From assembly GCA_030749415.1 (NCBI GenBank), contig JASMKC010000054.1, positions 16,232-80,231 of the forward strand: a DNA stretch of 64,000 nucleotides, given 5' to 3'. Below are positions 9,389 to 18,486 of the stretch, one piece after another (positions within the stretch are counted from its first letter, which is position 1; the number at the start of each line of letters is the position of its first letter). The DNA comes from Myxococcota bacterium (lineage in GTDB: Bacteria > Myxococcota_A > UBA9160 > SMWR01). A program made the position numbers and the translations under genes. A model generated the notes under the pieces. The model did no database searches. It had not been told where the DNA came from and saw nothing but the letters and a program-made list of their open reading frames with translations.

Positions 9389-9733
9389 CTACCGAATCAG
9401 CTGCGCGAATAGAATCACAGCTTCGCGCTCCCCTTCGGTCACTTCACCATCGACTGCGACCATCGACTCGACTGAACGCAAGAACTGAACCCGGTGTTGC
9501 CGGGGTACATCGGTCGGATCAACGGAATCGGGGACGGGAGGTGACTTCAGCCATTTCTTGACCTGTCTCATCTCGCCTCGATCGAGCTGGAGGCGCGAAA
9601 TGAGATGCATACAGAGCGCACGCTCTTCGCGGGTAATCTTCAGATCCACCCAGGCAAACGAACACACGAAGCGCATGAGACGCATTCGTTCCTCGATGTC
9701 CAGATCCTTCAACGTGGAAGCAGACGTCATCAA
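9389..9733 (-). CDS. TerB-like domain protein (TerB / DjlA N-terminal type)
   Basis: ORF of 114 aa. There are two halves of the TerB-like pattern: FVCSFAWVDLKITREERALCMHLISRL and VESMVAVDGEVTEGEREAVILFAQLI. Confidence 0.7.
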   Translation of the reverse strand: MMTSASTLKDLDIEERMRLMRFVCSFAWVDLKITREERALCMHLISRLQLDRGEMRQVKKWLKSPPVPDSVDPTDVPRQHRVQFLRSVESMVAVDGEVTEGEREAVILFAQLIR

Positions 9734-9800
9734 GGTTCTCTCCGTTCCGCCGTCCGATTCAGATCCGTGCCGGAGTCGGCGTCATGATCCATCATATAAA

Positions 9801-10139
9801 CTAACACATCGAGTCATCGATTCCGAAGATGAGAGTTCGAGCTGGAGATACAGGCATTGCCGGCCGTGCACCAACAGAAACCGGATAGTGGGCAGAGATG
9901 CAAAACCCCTCGACCTCGGGGAACTGCACTCTGCAGGTGAGACGGCCCGTGCGAACCGGGGCCGGCAGATGGCAGAGCTGCAGCACGGATTCGGCTAGGT
10001 ATGCGGCATCTTCCGCCGGGTAGTCGTCGGAGATGTATCGCGTGCCGGCTGAACGCCCAGTTGCAAATCGTCGAGACGTAGCCCGGCCCCGCGCTGCGGG
10101 AACGTATTCACGCGCGAGCTTCTCCCTGAATTCCCGCAA
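9801..10139 (-). CDS. Hypothetical protein (weak call)
   Basis: ORF of 112 aa with a TTG start, co-directional with and 50 nt downstream of the esterase gene. I recognise no motif, and the 3' end lies in a lower-GC patch. Confidence 0.3.
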   Translation of the reverse strand: MREFREKLAREYVPAARGRATSRRFATGRSAGTRYISDDYPAEDAAYLAESVLQLCHLPAPVRTGRLTCRVQFPEVEGFCISAHYPVSVGARPAMPVSPARTLIFGIDDSMC

Positions 10140-10189
10140 CTTTCCCGGGCAAAGCTGGATCTGGTCGAGAACGAAGATCGGTTCCGCGA

Positions 10190-11143
10190 TCAGGGATCAC
10201 CCAGGAAGCGCTGGATCGCCGCGCTGCGCTCCTTGAACATCGCCTCGGCCGTCGGGCTGCCCGCCACGAGGTCGTAGCCATGGATGGCGCCCTTGGCCTC
10301 GCGCAAGTCGACGGACACGCCAGCCGCCTGCAGGGCGTCGGCGTATTGCCGGCCTTCGTCTCGCAGTGGATCGAATTCCGCCACCTCAACTCGGGCGGGC
10401 GGCAGCCCGGCGAAATTCTCCCGGTGCAGCGGCGCCGCGTAGGGAGAAACCGGCGTGCTGCCACCGCTCGTCGCGTACTCGGTTCCCCGGAGATACACCT
10501 TCCACATCGCCCGATTCGATGCGGTCTTCCACAAAGGGGTATCTGTGAACTCGCGCGCCGATTTGGTCTTGGTCTCGTGGTCCGTAACCGGGTAGATGAG
10601 GATCTGGGCGCAGATCGGGTTCTCGTTTCGATCCGCCGCCTTCTGCGCCACACCCGCCGCCAGCGCCCCCCCCGCGCTGTCTCCGATCAAAGCCACGCGC
10701 TGCGGATCGACCCCGAGATCGGCCGCGTTGGCGTGAACCCACGCCAGGGTCGCGTAGCAGTCGTCGAAGGGTGCCGGAAAGGGGTGACCGATGGACAGCC
10801 GATAGTCGGGGAAGAAGACGCGGCAACGTCCTTCGAGGGCGTAGCGCTCCGCAGCGGCAAGGTGAAGCCCTGCGTAAGTGAAGAAAAAGCCACCGCCGTG
10901 GTAGTCGATGAGGGCCGGTGCGGTGCCGGACAGATCTTTGGGAACGATCTCGAAGACGGGCGTCGCGGTGCCGTCCTCAGCGCGAACGGAGTGGGTGCGC
11001 ACAGCGACGCGATCGCTCCAGGTGAAGCCGCGGCGCTGTATCCGAATCAGCAGATTGACGCCGCGCAACAGGATCCCGTTCGACGGCATCGTGATTCTCG
11101 GCTGAGACACGAATTCGGGAGCCAGGGCGTAGGTCTCGCGCAT
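10190..11143 (-). CDS. Alpha/beta hydrolase, hormone-sensitive-lipase-type esterase
   Basis: ORF 10190..11260 trimmed to ATG 11143, which has GGAGG 8 nt upstream. It carries the oxyanion HGGGF motif and the nucleophile elbow GDSAGG. Confidence 0.85.
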   Translation of the reverse strand: MRETYALAPEFVSQPRITMPSNGILLRGVNLLIRIQRRGFTWSDRVAVRTHSVRAEDGTATPVFEIVPKDLSGTAPALIDYHGGGFFFTYAGLHLAAAERYALEGRCRVFFPDYRLSIGHPFPAPFDDCYATLAWVHANAADLGVDPQRVALIGDSAGGALAAGVAQKAADRNENPICAQILIYPVTDHETKTKSAREFTDTPLWKTASNRAMWKVYLRGTEYATSGGSTPVSPYAAPLHRENFAGLPPARVEVAEFDPLRDEGRQYADALQAAGVSVDLREAKGAIHGYDLVAGSPTAEAMFKERSAAIQRFLGDP

Positions 11144-11278
11144 GGGAAAAGCCTCCGGAACTGGGAATGCGCAAGAGTCTGCCAGGGTTTTCAGCGTCGA
11201 GCGACTCGAAGTTTCCCAGGCTTCGAGGGTGCGATCGCGCGTTCGACGCGGAGGCAGCACGCGAATCGCGGATCTGGC

Positions 11279-12214
11279 TCAGAGTTCGCCGCGCACCAGC
11301 TTCCAGAATGCCGGTGCAGCCTCGTCTTCGGCTGCGGAGTGCGACTCGGGCAGATTGCCGCCAACATCCGTAAAGCCGTACTCACGCCCGAGATCCGTCG
11401 TCTTGAATGCCTTTCCGGACTTCTCGGCGACGGCTCGGTCCGTAGCGAGCGCGACAACCGAGCGACCCGATAGCCGGGGGGTCTCGGCAACCCCCACGTC
11501 GAGTCCGAACACCGACAGCCGCCCGTCATCGCCGACCTCGCCCTGCGAGACCAGGGTCTCGGTTGCGACGAGGCCGGGCCAGATCGAAATCGCCGAGACT
11601 CCGAACTTGTGGATGTCGTGGTGAATCGCGGCCGTGAGCTTGTCGATTCCGGCCTTGCAGACACCGTAGGGAACCGCGATGACGTAGTAGTCCGGCTGCG
11701 CACCCTCGGAAGAGACGTTGACGATCAGGCCTGAGCCCTGCTTCAACATCAGCGGCGCGCCCAGCGCGCTCGCAACGTAGTGGGAGCGCAGACCCACGCG
11801 CAGGGTACTGTCGAAGCTCTCGAACGGGATGTCCCAGAACTTCAGCCCGAGCATCGACGCCTGGTCGTTCCAGCAAACGTTGTTGACCAGAATATCGAGC
11901 TTGCCTTCGTCTCTTTCGATTCGGTCGAAGACCTCGCGCACCTGCTCGTCATCGGCATGGTCACACGCGACGGCGACACCGCGCCCACCGAGCGCGTCGA
12001 TCTCGGTCGCCGTGGCATCGATCGTGCCGGCCTGCTTCGCATCCTTTGCCCAGGCGGGCAAATCCGCCGTATCGGGACGCGTGCGCCCCGTCACGTAGAC
12101 CGTGGCGCCCGCGGCCCCGAGCTCCACCGCGATGCCCTTCCCGATACCCCTGCTCGCACCGGTGACGAGCGCAACCTTGCTCCGGAGGGGAGCGTCCGTA
12201 CGAGTCATGCACAA
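11279..12214 (-). CDS. Short-chain dehydrogenase/reductase (SDR)
   Basis: ORF of 311 aa with the Rossmann motif VALVTGASRGIGKGIA and a YGVCK catalytic Y-x3-K. Confidence 0.85.
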   Translation of the reverse strand: MCMTRTDAPLRSKVALVTGASRGIGKGIAVELGAAGATVYVTGRTRPDTADLPAWAKDAKQAGTIDATATEIDALGGRGVAVACDHADDEQVREVFDRIERDEGKLDILVNNVCWNDQASMLGLKFWDIPFESFDSTLRVGLRSHYVASALGAPLMLKQGSGLIVNVSSEGAQPDYYVIAVPYGVCKAGIDKLTAAIHHDIHKFGVSAISIWPGLVATETLVSQGEVGDDGRLSVFGLDVGVAETPRLSGRSVVALATDRAVAEKSGKAFKTTDLGREYGFTDVGGNLPESHSAAEDEAAPAFWKLVRGEL

Positions 12215-12386
12215 ATCCTCCGGGGACCCAGCCTAGCGCTCCCCGCTGCGACCCGGCGAACAGACGCATCGAGCGGGCGGTGCGTGCCAGCCCACTCGGC
12301 CCAACCGGCAAACCGGGTGCTCGCGGGGGCACCCCTCCGGCGTACACCCAGCGCCGCAGGGCGGGAGTGAGTATGTTGAGTCCCGG

Positions 12387-14021
12387 ATGCAGAGCGTGGC
12401 AGGGAAGGGAGAGTCGCTGTCCGGGGCAGGCCCTTCTCTCGCCATCGTCGCGGGGGTCTGCACGGCGCTGTTGGCGGCCATCGCGGTGGTCTACGCCCAG
12501 ACGCTCGGGTTCTCCTTCGTATACCTCGACGACCCACGCTACGTGCTGGGGAATCCGGTCGTCCCAGACGGACTCACGCTGCGCGGTGTCGCCTGGGCCT
12601 TCACCGATTCGTTCGACGGAAACTGGTTCCCGATCACCTGGACGTCGCACATGCTCGACGTCGAGATCTTCGGCGTCGATCCGGCAGGCCACCACGCGAC
12701 GAACGTCGCACTCCACGCGGCCAACACCCTGCTGCTCCTGGCGGTATTGCGCCGGCTCTCGGGAGACTTCTGGCCCAGTGCCTTCGTGGCCATGATCTTC
12801 GCGCTCCACCCAATCCACGTCGAATCGGTGGCGTGGATCGCCGAACGCAAGAACCTGCTGAGCACCTTCTTCGGGCTGCTCGCGATCGGCGCCTACGAAC
12901 GCTTTGCGCGGCGGAGAGAAGGCCGCTGGCTGTGGGCCTCGACGGTGCTCCTCGCGTTCTCACTGATGTCGAAGCCGATGTTCGTGACGCTGCCCTTCGT
13001 CGTGCTGCTGCTCGATTACTGGCCACTGCGGCGCTGGCCGGGTGAACGGGTGAGCCGCCTGCTGGCGGAAAAGCTGCCCCTCTTCGCGCTATCGCTGGTG
13101 TCCTGCCTGGTGACCCTGAGCGCGCAGAGCGGAGCGGGGGCGATGCTCGCGGGCCAGCGGCTCGGCCTGCTGCATCGGGTGCTGAACGCCGCGCTGGGCT
13201 ACGCGGAGTACCTGCAACGGACGCTGTGGCCTCGAGATCTGGTCGCGCTGTATCCCCATCCCTACCTGCCTTCGGCGGGCGGCGTGCCTCCCACGGCGAC
13301 GGAGCTCCTGGCGGCCCTCGTCGCACTGGCGGCTGTCAGCGCCGGCGTCTGGGTACTGCGGCGGCACCGGTACCCGGTGGTCGGATGGCTCTGGTTCCTG
13401 GGCACGCTGGTGCCCGTCATCGGAATCGTACAGGTGGGCCAACAGGGCTTTGCCGACCGCTATGGCTATGTGCCTCAGGTGGGCCTTTGCATCATGGCGG
13501 CTTGGGGTGGGAGCGATCTGCTGCGCCGGGTAAGACCGCAGGCGGTCCGGACCTGGCTCGCGGCGGGCGCCTTCGCACTCGGCGTGCCCCTGGCATTCGC
13601 CGCCCACGCCCAGGCCGCTCACTGGCGCGAGCCCGCGAGCCCCTTCGACCGCGCCCTGGCCGTGTATTCCGGCAATCATTTCATGCGCCTTGGCCTCGCC
13701 GGCGCGTTGCGCCGGGCCGGCCGGCCCGACGAGGCCGCCGGCCACTACACGATCCTCCTCGCGACGAACCCCGGTTCCAGTCGCGCCGAGAACGGTCTCG
13801 GCATGATCTTCCAGGACCGGGGAGACAACGCAGAGGCCGTGACTCACTTCGAGCGCGCGCTCGAGATCGATCCCGACAACGGTCTGGTACTCGCAAACCT
13901 CGGCCGGTCACTCCGCGCGCTCGGACGCAACGCCGAGGCTCTAGAGGCGTTCCGCCGCGCGCTCGAATTCCGGCCCAACTCGAAACGCCTGCGGCGCGAC
14001 CTGGCTTCGCTCGAGCCCTAG
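12387..14021 (+). CDS. GT-C-type (PMT/TMTC-like) polytopic membrane protein with C-terminal TPR repeats
   Basis: ORF of 544 aa with about 10 hydrophobic helices. The early motif YLDDPRYVLGNPVV fits the family. The C-terminus holds TPR repeats (ENGLGMIFQDRGDNAEAVTHFERALEIDPDNGLVLANLGRSLRALGRNAEALEAFRRALEFRPN). Confidence 0.8.
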   Translation: MQSVAGKGESLSGAGPSLAIVAGVCTALLAAIAVVYAQTLGFSFVYLDDPRYVLGNPVVPDGLTLRGVAWAFTDSFDGNWFPITWTSHMLDVEIFGVDPAGHHATNVALHAANTLLLLAVLRRLSGDFWPSAFVAMIFALHPIHVESVAWIAERKNLLSTFFGLLAIGAYERFARRREGRWLWASTVLLAFSLMSKPMFVTLPFVVLLLDYWPLRRWPGERVSRLLAEKLPLFALSLVSCLVTLSAQSGAGAMLAGQRLGLLHRVLNAALGYAEYLQRTLWPRDLVALYPHPYLPSAGGVPPTATELLAALVALAAVSAGVWVLRRHRYPVVGWLWFLGTLVPVIGIVQVGQQGFADRYGYVPQVGLCIMAAWGGSDLLRRVRPQAVRTWLAAGAFALGVPLAFAAHAQAAHWREPASPFDRALAVYSGNHFMRLGLAGALRRAGRPDEAAGHYTILLATNPGSSRAENGLGMIFQDRGDNAEAVTHFERALEIDPDNGLVLANLGRSLRALGRNAEALEAFRRALEFRPNSKRLRRDLASLEP

Positions 14022-14136
14022 CCCATGCCCGGTTGTCCGCACCGAGATGAATCGCCTCTGGCCCGGAGGTTTCGCAGCGCCGCAATAGCAGGTACAAGAC
14101 GGGGTAGCCCGGGCCAGACCCTCCGCTCCGGGCCAA

Positions 14137-15186
14137 ATGGGTGATCCCATGACGGCCTTCGAACGCACATTCCCGACGACCCGCCGAAGGGTGCTGCAGC
14201 TGCTCGCGCTCCTGGGTCTCGGAGGCTCCGAAGCCGCGCGCACCGCCGCCGCACTCGCCGCACCTTCCAACCAGGCTGACCCGGTCTGGCCCGAGATGAC
14301 CTACCGCATCCTGGGCCGGACGGGCTTTGACGGCAGCCGGCTCGTCTTCGGCTGCGGCGCCGCGCTCATGCTCTGGGGAAAGGACGATCTCCTCGATGAG
14401 GCCTTCGACCACGGAGTGAACGTTTTCGACGTCGGAACGAGCCACTACTACCGCAACGCCGAGGCAAACCTGGCAGCCTTCGCCAAGAAACACCGCGACC
14501 GGATATTCCTGATCTCCAAGGGACTCGTCGGCATCGATGTCGAACCGACCGACGTGCTGAACAGCGCACAGTGCAAGACGGCTGCCCGGAACTGGGCCGG
14601 CGCACTGGACGCGAGCCTTACGGACCTCGAAACCGACCACGTCGATGCCTACTACGTCATGGCGGTAAACAACACCTCCCTCACGAGGAGTGAGGAGATG
14701 CGCGAGGCATTCCTGACCGCGAAGAAGGCGGGGAAGGTCGACCACTGGGGTGTGAGCACGCACCAGAACGCCCAGGCAGTTCTAGACGCCGCCGCAGACA
14801 CGGGGGAGTATTCGCTCGCCCAGATCGCGATCACGCCGGCGGGCTGGTACGACTGGAGCAGCAAGGGAGTCCTGGCCGGCTCGAAGTCCATGGCGGCTCT
14901 TCAGCCTGTGCTCGCCAAGGCGCGCGAAGCGGGCATCGGTTTGATCGGAATGAAGGCGGCACGTCACTTGACCGGTCGTTGGCTCGGTTTCGGTCCCGAC
15001 CGACCCACCGCCTTCGACGACCACTACGACACCGAGTTCCTTGCGACCCCCCTGTCACCTTTCCAGCGCAGCTACGCCTACGTGCTCGCGCACGGGCTCG
15101 ACGCGGTCAATGCCGACAGCCAATCCCCGGAGCACCTGCACGAGAATTTCGTCGCGGCGGCGACCGCCCAGAGCTATTTCGCGTAG
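14137..15186 (+). CDS. Aldo/keto reductase-family protein with a twin-arginine signal
   Basis: ORF of 349 aa. The N-terminus has a Tat motif, FPTTRRRVLQLLALLGLGG...ALAAPS. The AKR pattern is present: YRILGRTGFDGSRLVFGCG, FDVGTSHYY, LISKG, TDHVDAYYV, GKVDHWGVS. Confidence 0.85.
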   Translation: MGDPMTAFERTFPTTRRRVLQLLALLGLGGSEAARTAAALAAPSNQADPVWPEMTYRILGRTGFDGSRLVFGCGAALMLWGKDDLLDEAFDHGVNVFDVGTSHYYRNAEANLAAFAKKHRDRIFLISKGLVGIDVEPTDVLNSAQCKTAARNWAGALDASLTDLETDHVDAYYVMAVNNTSLTRSEEMREAFLTAKKAGKVDHWGVSTHQNAQAVLDAAADTGEYSLAQIAITPAGWYDWSSKGVLAGSKSMAALQPVLAKAREAGIGLIGMKAARHLTGRWLGFGPDRPTAFDDHYDTEFLATPLSPFQRSYAYVLAHGLDAVNADSQSPEHLHENFVAAATAQSYFA

Positions 15187-15308
15187 CGCGGCGAAACAGA
15201 AGAGATGCTTGCGAACACCCGGACCGGATGCGGGCACGTCGCGCTCGGGTCCGTGGGCGCGCACCGGGCGTGGGGTATCGTTCGAATCCCGAGTCAGAGG
15301 AGCCCTGG

Positions 15309-15818
15309 ATGAAGGATCCCATCGCCGCCGAAGCGCTACAGACCTACGAACGTTTCGTCGCCACCCGCAACGAGATCGACGTGGGAAACAGACCCTGGTC
15401 GGCCCTTGCCGACTACTTCACCGAGGATGCCGCCTACATCGATCCGGCCTGGGGACGCATCGAAGGCCGCGAGGCGATCCGCGAGTTCTTCGAAGCGTCG
15501 ATGGCGGGACTGACCGGGTACGGCTGGTCGACGCCCGAAAACTGGACGCTGGCGCAGGGCCACCGCCTGGTCAGCCAATGGGACCAGGTGCTCGGCCATC
15601 GCAAAGACGGAACACCGTGGATGGTTCCCGGCCTGTCGATCCTGTACTACGCGGGCAACCAGCTCTTCTGCTACAGCCACGACATGCTCAACATGACGCA
15701 TATCGGCCAGACCATGCGCGAAATGGGGTGGGAGCCGCCGAAAATTTTCAACATGCCGCCCCGGAAACCGAACCGGGACGTCTCGTTGCCCTCGGCCTGG
15801 ACTCATCTCGCGAAATAG
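15309..15818 (+). CDS. NTF2/SnoaL-like protein
   Basis: Within ORF 14979..15818. ATG 15309 is preceded by GAGGAG. YERFVATRN...ALADYFTEDAAYIDPAWGRIEGREAIREFF is typical of the SnoaL-like fold. Confidence 0.7.
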   Translation: MKDPIAAEALQTYERFVATRNEIDVGNRPWSALADYFTEDAAYIDPAWGRIEGREAIREFFEASMAGLTGYGWSTPENWTLAQGHRLVSQWDQVLGHRKDGTPWMVPGLSILYYAGNQLFCYSHDMLNMTHIGQTMREMGWEPPKIFNMPPRKPNRDVSLPSAWTHLAK

Positions 15819-15866
15819 CAAAGAATTCGTGAACGCCGATCGCGCCCGAGGTCTCTTTCGCGAGTT

Positions 15867-16325
15867 CTATTCGAAGCGGTCCGCCTGCGCAGCAGGAATT
15901 TCCCCGCCGAGTTCCCGGTACGCGGCCGCGGCCTCGTCGTACGCGGCGCGTGCCTCGTCGCGCTCGGTCACGATGGCGGCCTTTGCATCACCGCTGGGAT
16001 AGTGGTGGGCCATCATGTTCGAGTAGGCGGCATTTGCGGCCTCGAGGCGAGTGGCAGCCGTATCCAGAGCCTGACGGGCCCGGAGAAACGCTTCGCGGTT
16101 CTGGGCCGGCACCGGGGCCGGTTCCGCATCTCCGGGCAGGGGCTCGGGCGACGGGGTCAGGAGAGAATCCGGACTGACCGGTTGCACGTGGGGCACGTCT
16201 TCGAGCGGCACTGTCTCCCCTGGCTCCGCCGCCGGGGAATTCGTGACCGCTGCAAAACCGAGCGCTGCCGCCACAAGCAAGGCGGCAAAGCCGCGCCTTC
16301 GGAACATATCGATGCTAGAGCGCAT
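15867..16325 (-). CDS. Hypothetical exported protein
   Basis: ORF 15867..16532 trimmed to ATG 16325, which has GAGGAGG upstream. It has the signal peptide MRSSIDMFRRRGFAALLVAAALGFAAV, a Pro-rich linker, then a helical Ala-rich C-terminus. Confidence 0.55.
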   Translation of the reverse strand: MRSSIDMFRRRGFAALLVAAALGFAAVTNSPAAEPGETVPLEDVPHVQPVSPDSLLTPSPEPLPGDAEPAPVPAQNREAFLRARQALDTAATRLEAANAAYSNMMAHHYPSGDAKAAIVTERDEARAAYDEAAAAYRELGGEIPAAQADRFE

Positions 16326-16393
16326 TCTCTGCACCTCCTCGCATGGCCGACGGACCGGGCTGCGCCGATCGCGTCGTCTCTGCAACCATCCAA

Positions 16394-16747
16394 TTAGAAG
16401 GGGATGTCCCCGGTATCGGGCGGGGGTCCGTCGTGGCTGGGCGGCCCGGCATTGGACTGAGCCGCCAGCTTTTCGAGCGTCCAGACATCGAGGCTGTTGA
16501 AATAGCGGACTTCGTTCTTCGGGCTCGTCCACTCGCGCCCCCGCAGGCTGAAATCCACCCGCACCTCGTCGCCCTCTGCGAAGTCGTCCAGGGCTTCGCA
16601 GCGATTGCCCGTGAGTTGGAACAGCACGAACTGCGGGTATTGCGGGTTGTCCCCCATCTCGAGCACGAACTCGCGCTTCCGAAAGCGCTCTGTGATCTGC
16701 TTGGATTCGAAGACGGCGTGGATCCTACCGGTAGCTGCCAATCCCAT
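16394..16747 (-). CDS. DUF3127-domain protein
   Basis: ORF of 117 aa. TGRIHAVFESKQITERFRKREFVLEMGDNPQYPQFVLFQLTGNRCEALDDFAEGDEVRVDFSLRGREW matches the DUF3127 OB-like pattern. Confidence 0.7.
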   Translation of the reverse strand: MGLAATGRIHAVFESKQITERFRKREFVLEMGDNPQYPQFVLFQLTGNRCEALDDFAEGDEVRVDFSLRGREWTSPKNEVRYFNSLDVWTLEKLAAQSNAGPPSHDGPPPDTGDIPF

Positions 16748-17062
16748 CGGGCGAGCATAGTGCGTCGGAACGCGGAATGGCAGAGCCGGCAGGGCCTACG
16801 CATCGACCGGGACGCCCGACCTCGAGTTCCGCATCGGAAAAACAACGGCATCTCGGAGGAAACTCGAGGCTCGTCGAGGCTGCAGACCCGCCACTCACAT
16901 CGAGGCCCCACCCCGTGTTGCCAAGCCGCGTCGTGTGAAACGCCGGAAACCTCATGCAACCGACCGGCCGTGACCCCCCGTGGGGATTTCATCGACGGCC
17001 GCACTGAGCCATCCTTGGGCAGGCAGGGGGAACCGAGCCGCAGACGCGCGGGAGGAAACGAC

Positions 17063-17512
17063 ATGACGGGTATGAGAAACGCAATGACCGAGTCGCGAGT
17101 AGACCGGCGCGGCTTCGTTGGAATCGGGTTGAGAGCGGTCGCAGCGGTCTTCGCGCTGCCCGCCGCGGCTTCGCTGCTCGCGAGCTGCGGGAACGGCGAA
17201 CAACCCGCCGCGCCTCAGGCACCGAGCCCTCCGAAGGCCGCGGCTCCGGCAGCGCCGCCCGTTCCCGCGGCGTCTCCACCCGGTGGCGGCACCGAGCAGC
17301 TCATCACCGAAATCGCGGGCTCGGCCGCCATGGTGCAGGCGCTCCAGTACGTGAATCAGTCCGCGAAGCCCGACCAGAACTGCGGGAACTGCCAGCTCTA
17401 CACGGCACAGTCCGGGGGCGTCGGAAAGTGTCAGCTCTTCGCAACCGGGCTCGTGAAGGAAGCCGGTTGGTGCGCCTCGTGGGCGGCAAAGGTGACAGCC
17501 GAGAACTCTTGA
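17063..17512 (+). CDS. High-potential iron-sulfur protein (HiPIP) with a Tat signal and lipobox
   Basis: Within ORF 16343..17512. ATG 17063 is preceded by GGAGGAAA. It has a Tat motif (SRVDRRGFVGIGL), a lipobox (LLASC) and a Pro/Ala linker. The HiPIP Cys pattern is CGNCQLY...GKCQLF...GWCASW. Confidence 0.8.
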   Translation: MTGMRNAMTESRVDRRGFVGIGLRAVAAVFALPAAASLLASCGNGEQPAAPQAPSPPKAAAPAAPPVPAASPPGGGTEQLITEIAGSAAMVQALQYVNQSAKPDQNCGNCQLYTAQSGGVGKCQLFATGLVKEAGWCASWAAKVTAENS

Positions 17513-17703
17513 GCCTGCGACGCTCGCCGCGACGCAGCAGAACCGACAATGAGTGCTGAACTGGAGACGCTGATCAGCGGCTTGCCACCCGCTCTTTTCC
17601 CGGTGCTGCCCCCACAGGAACTCGGCCCCACGTCAACCTGCGACACGGGGCTCCGAAACAGGTTGGCCTCGGTACAGAAGCGAATGAAGTCGGCCTTCAC
17701 GAG

Positions 17704-18486
17704 CTACAGGGTGTTGAACCCCGGAATGAAACGGCCCGCGTGAGCCCCTCCATCCACAGGAAGGTCCACGCCGGTGCAGTGCAGGCTCGCGTCGCTGGCA
17801 AAGAAACACACGGCCTCAGCGATCCGATCGAGTGGCGCTTCTCCCGGGATCGCACGGTTTTCCGTGTAGGCGCGGGTCTCGTCCATGAACCCGGCTAGCT
17901 GAGACATCCAGGGGCCGTACATCCCGGGGTTTCCACCGGCCGGGCACACCGAATTCACGCGGATGCCGTCGCGACCCAGCTCGAGCGCCGCGGCCTTGCT
18001 CATTCCGCGCAAGCCCCACTTGGATGCGCAGTACGACGTGATCCCGTTCATCCCGAAGAGCGAATCCACAGAGCCCACGTTCACGATCGATCCCGCGCGC
18101 TGTTCGCGCATCACGGGCACCACGGCGCGCAGTCCCAGATAGGGGCCCACGGTGTTGACCTCGAGCAGCCGGCGCAAAACGTCCTCCGGGGTCTTCTCGA
18201 TGGTCCCCAGGTGGAGCACCGCGGCGTTGTTGACGAGCACGTCGACCCGCGCTGCGGACTCGACCGCTCGCGTCACGATCCGCTCCCACTCGTCCCGTTT
18301 CGTGACGTCGTGGGGCACGTAGATAGCGCGCTCGCCCAGCTCTTCCGCGACACGCTCACCTTCGTCGTGCAGGATGTCTCCAAGCAAGACCGTCGCCCCC
18401 AGCTCCACGAGCCGGCTGGCTATGGCAGCCCCCGTGCCCCGTGCAGCACCCGTTACGATCGCGACACGACCTTCCAGACTCTTCAT
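17704..18486 (-). CDS. Short-chain dehydrogenase/reductase (SDR)
   Basis: ORF 17704..18663 trimmed to ATG 18486. It carries MKSLEGRVAIVTGAARGTGAA, NNAAV and a YCASK catalytic motif. Confidence 0.85.
   Translation of the reverse strand: MKSLEGRVAIVTGAARGTGAAIASRLVELGATVLLGDILHDEGERVAEELGERAIYVPHDVTKRDEWERIVTRAVESAARVDVLVNNAAVLHLGTIEKTPEDVLRRLLEVNTVGPYLGLRAVVPVMREQRAGSIVNVGSVDSLFGMNGITSYCASKWGLRGMSKAAALELGRDGIRVNSVCPAGGNPGMYGPWMSQLAGFMDETRAYTENRAIPGEAPLDRIAEAVCFFASDASLHCTGVDLPVDGGAHAGRFIPGFNTL

Noticed and set aside
15270-15295. tRNA-like T-loop string cgttcgaatccc
   Set aside because: The flanking 5-mers (tatcg and cccga) cannot form a T-stem, and no acceptor or anticodon arms can be drawn. 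It lies just upstream of the SD of the NTF2-like gene.
17515-17537. GC-rich hairpin after the HiPIP stop (ctgcgacgc-tcgcc-gcgacgcag), and a similar bulged hairpin at about 43505..43528 between convergent genes
   Set aside because: Both stems exist but contain a mismatch or bulge, and neither is followed by a U-tract on either strand. I cannot support calling them intrinsic terminators.
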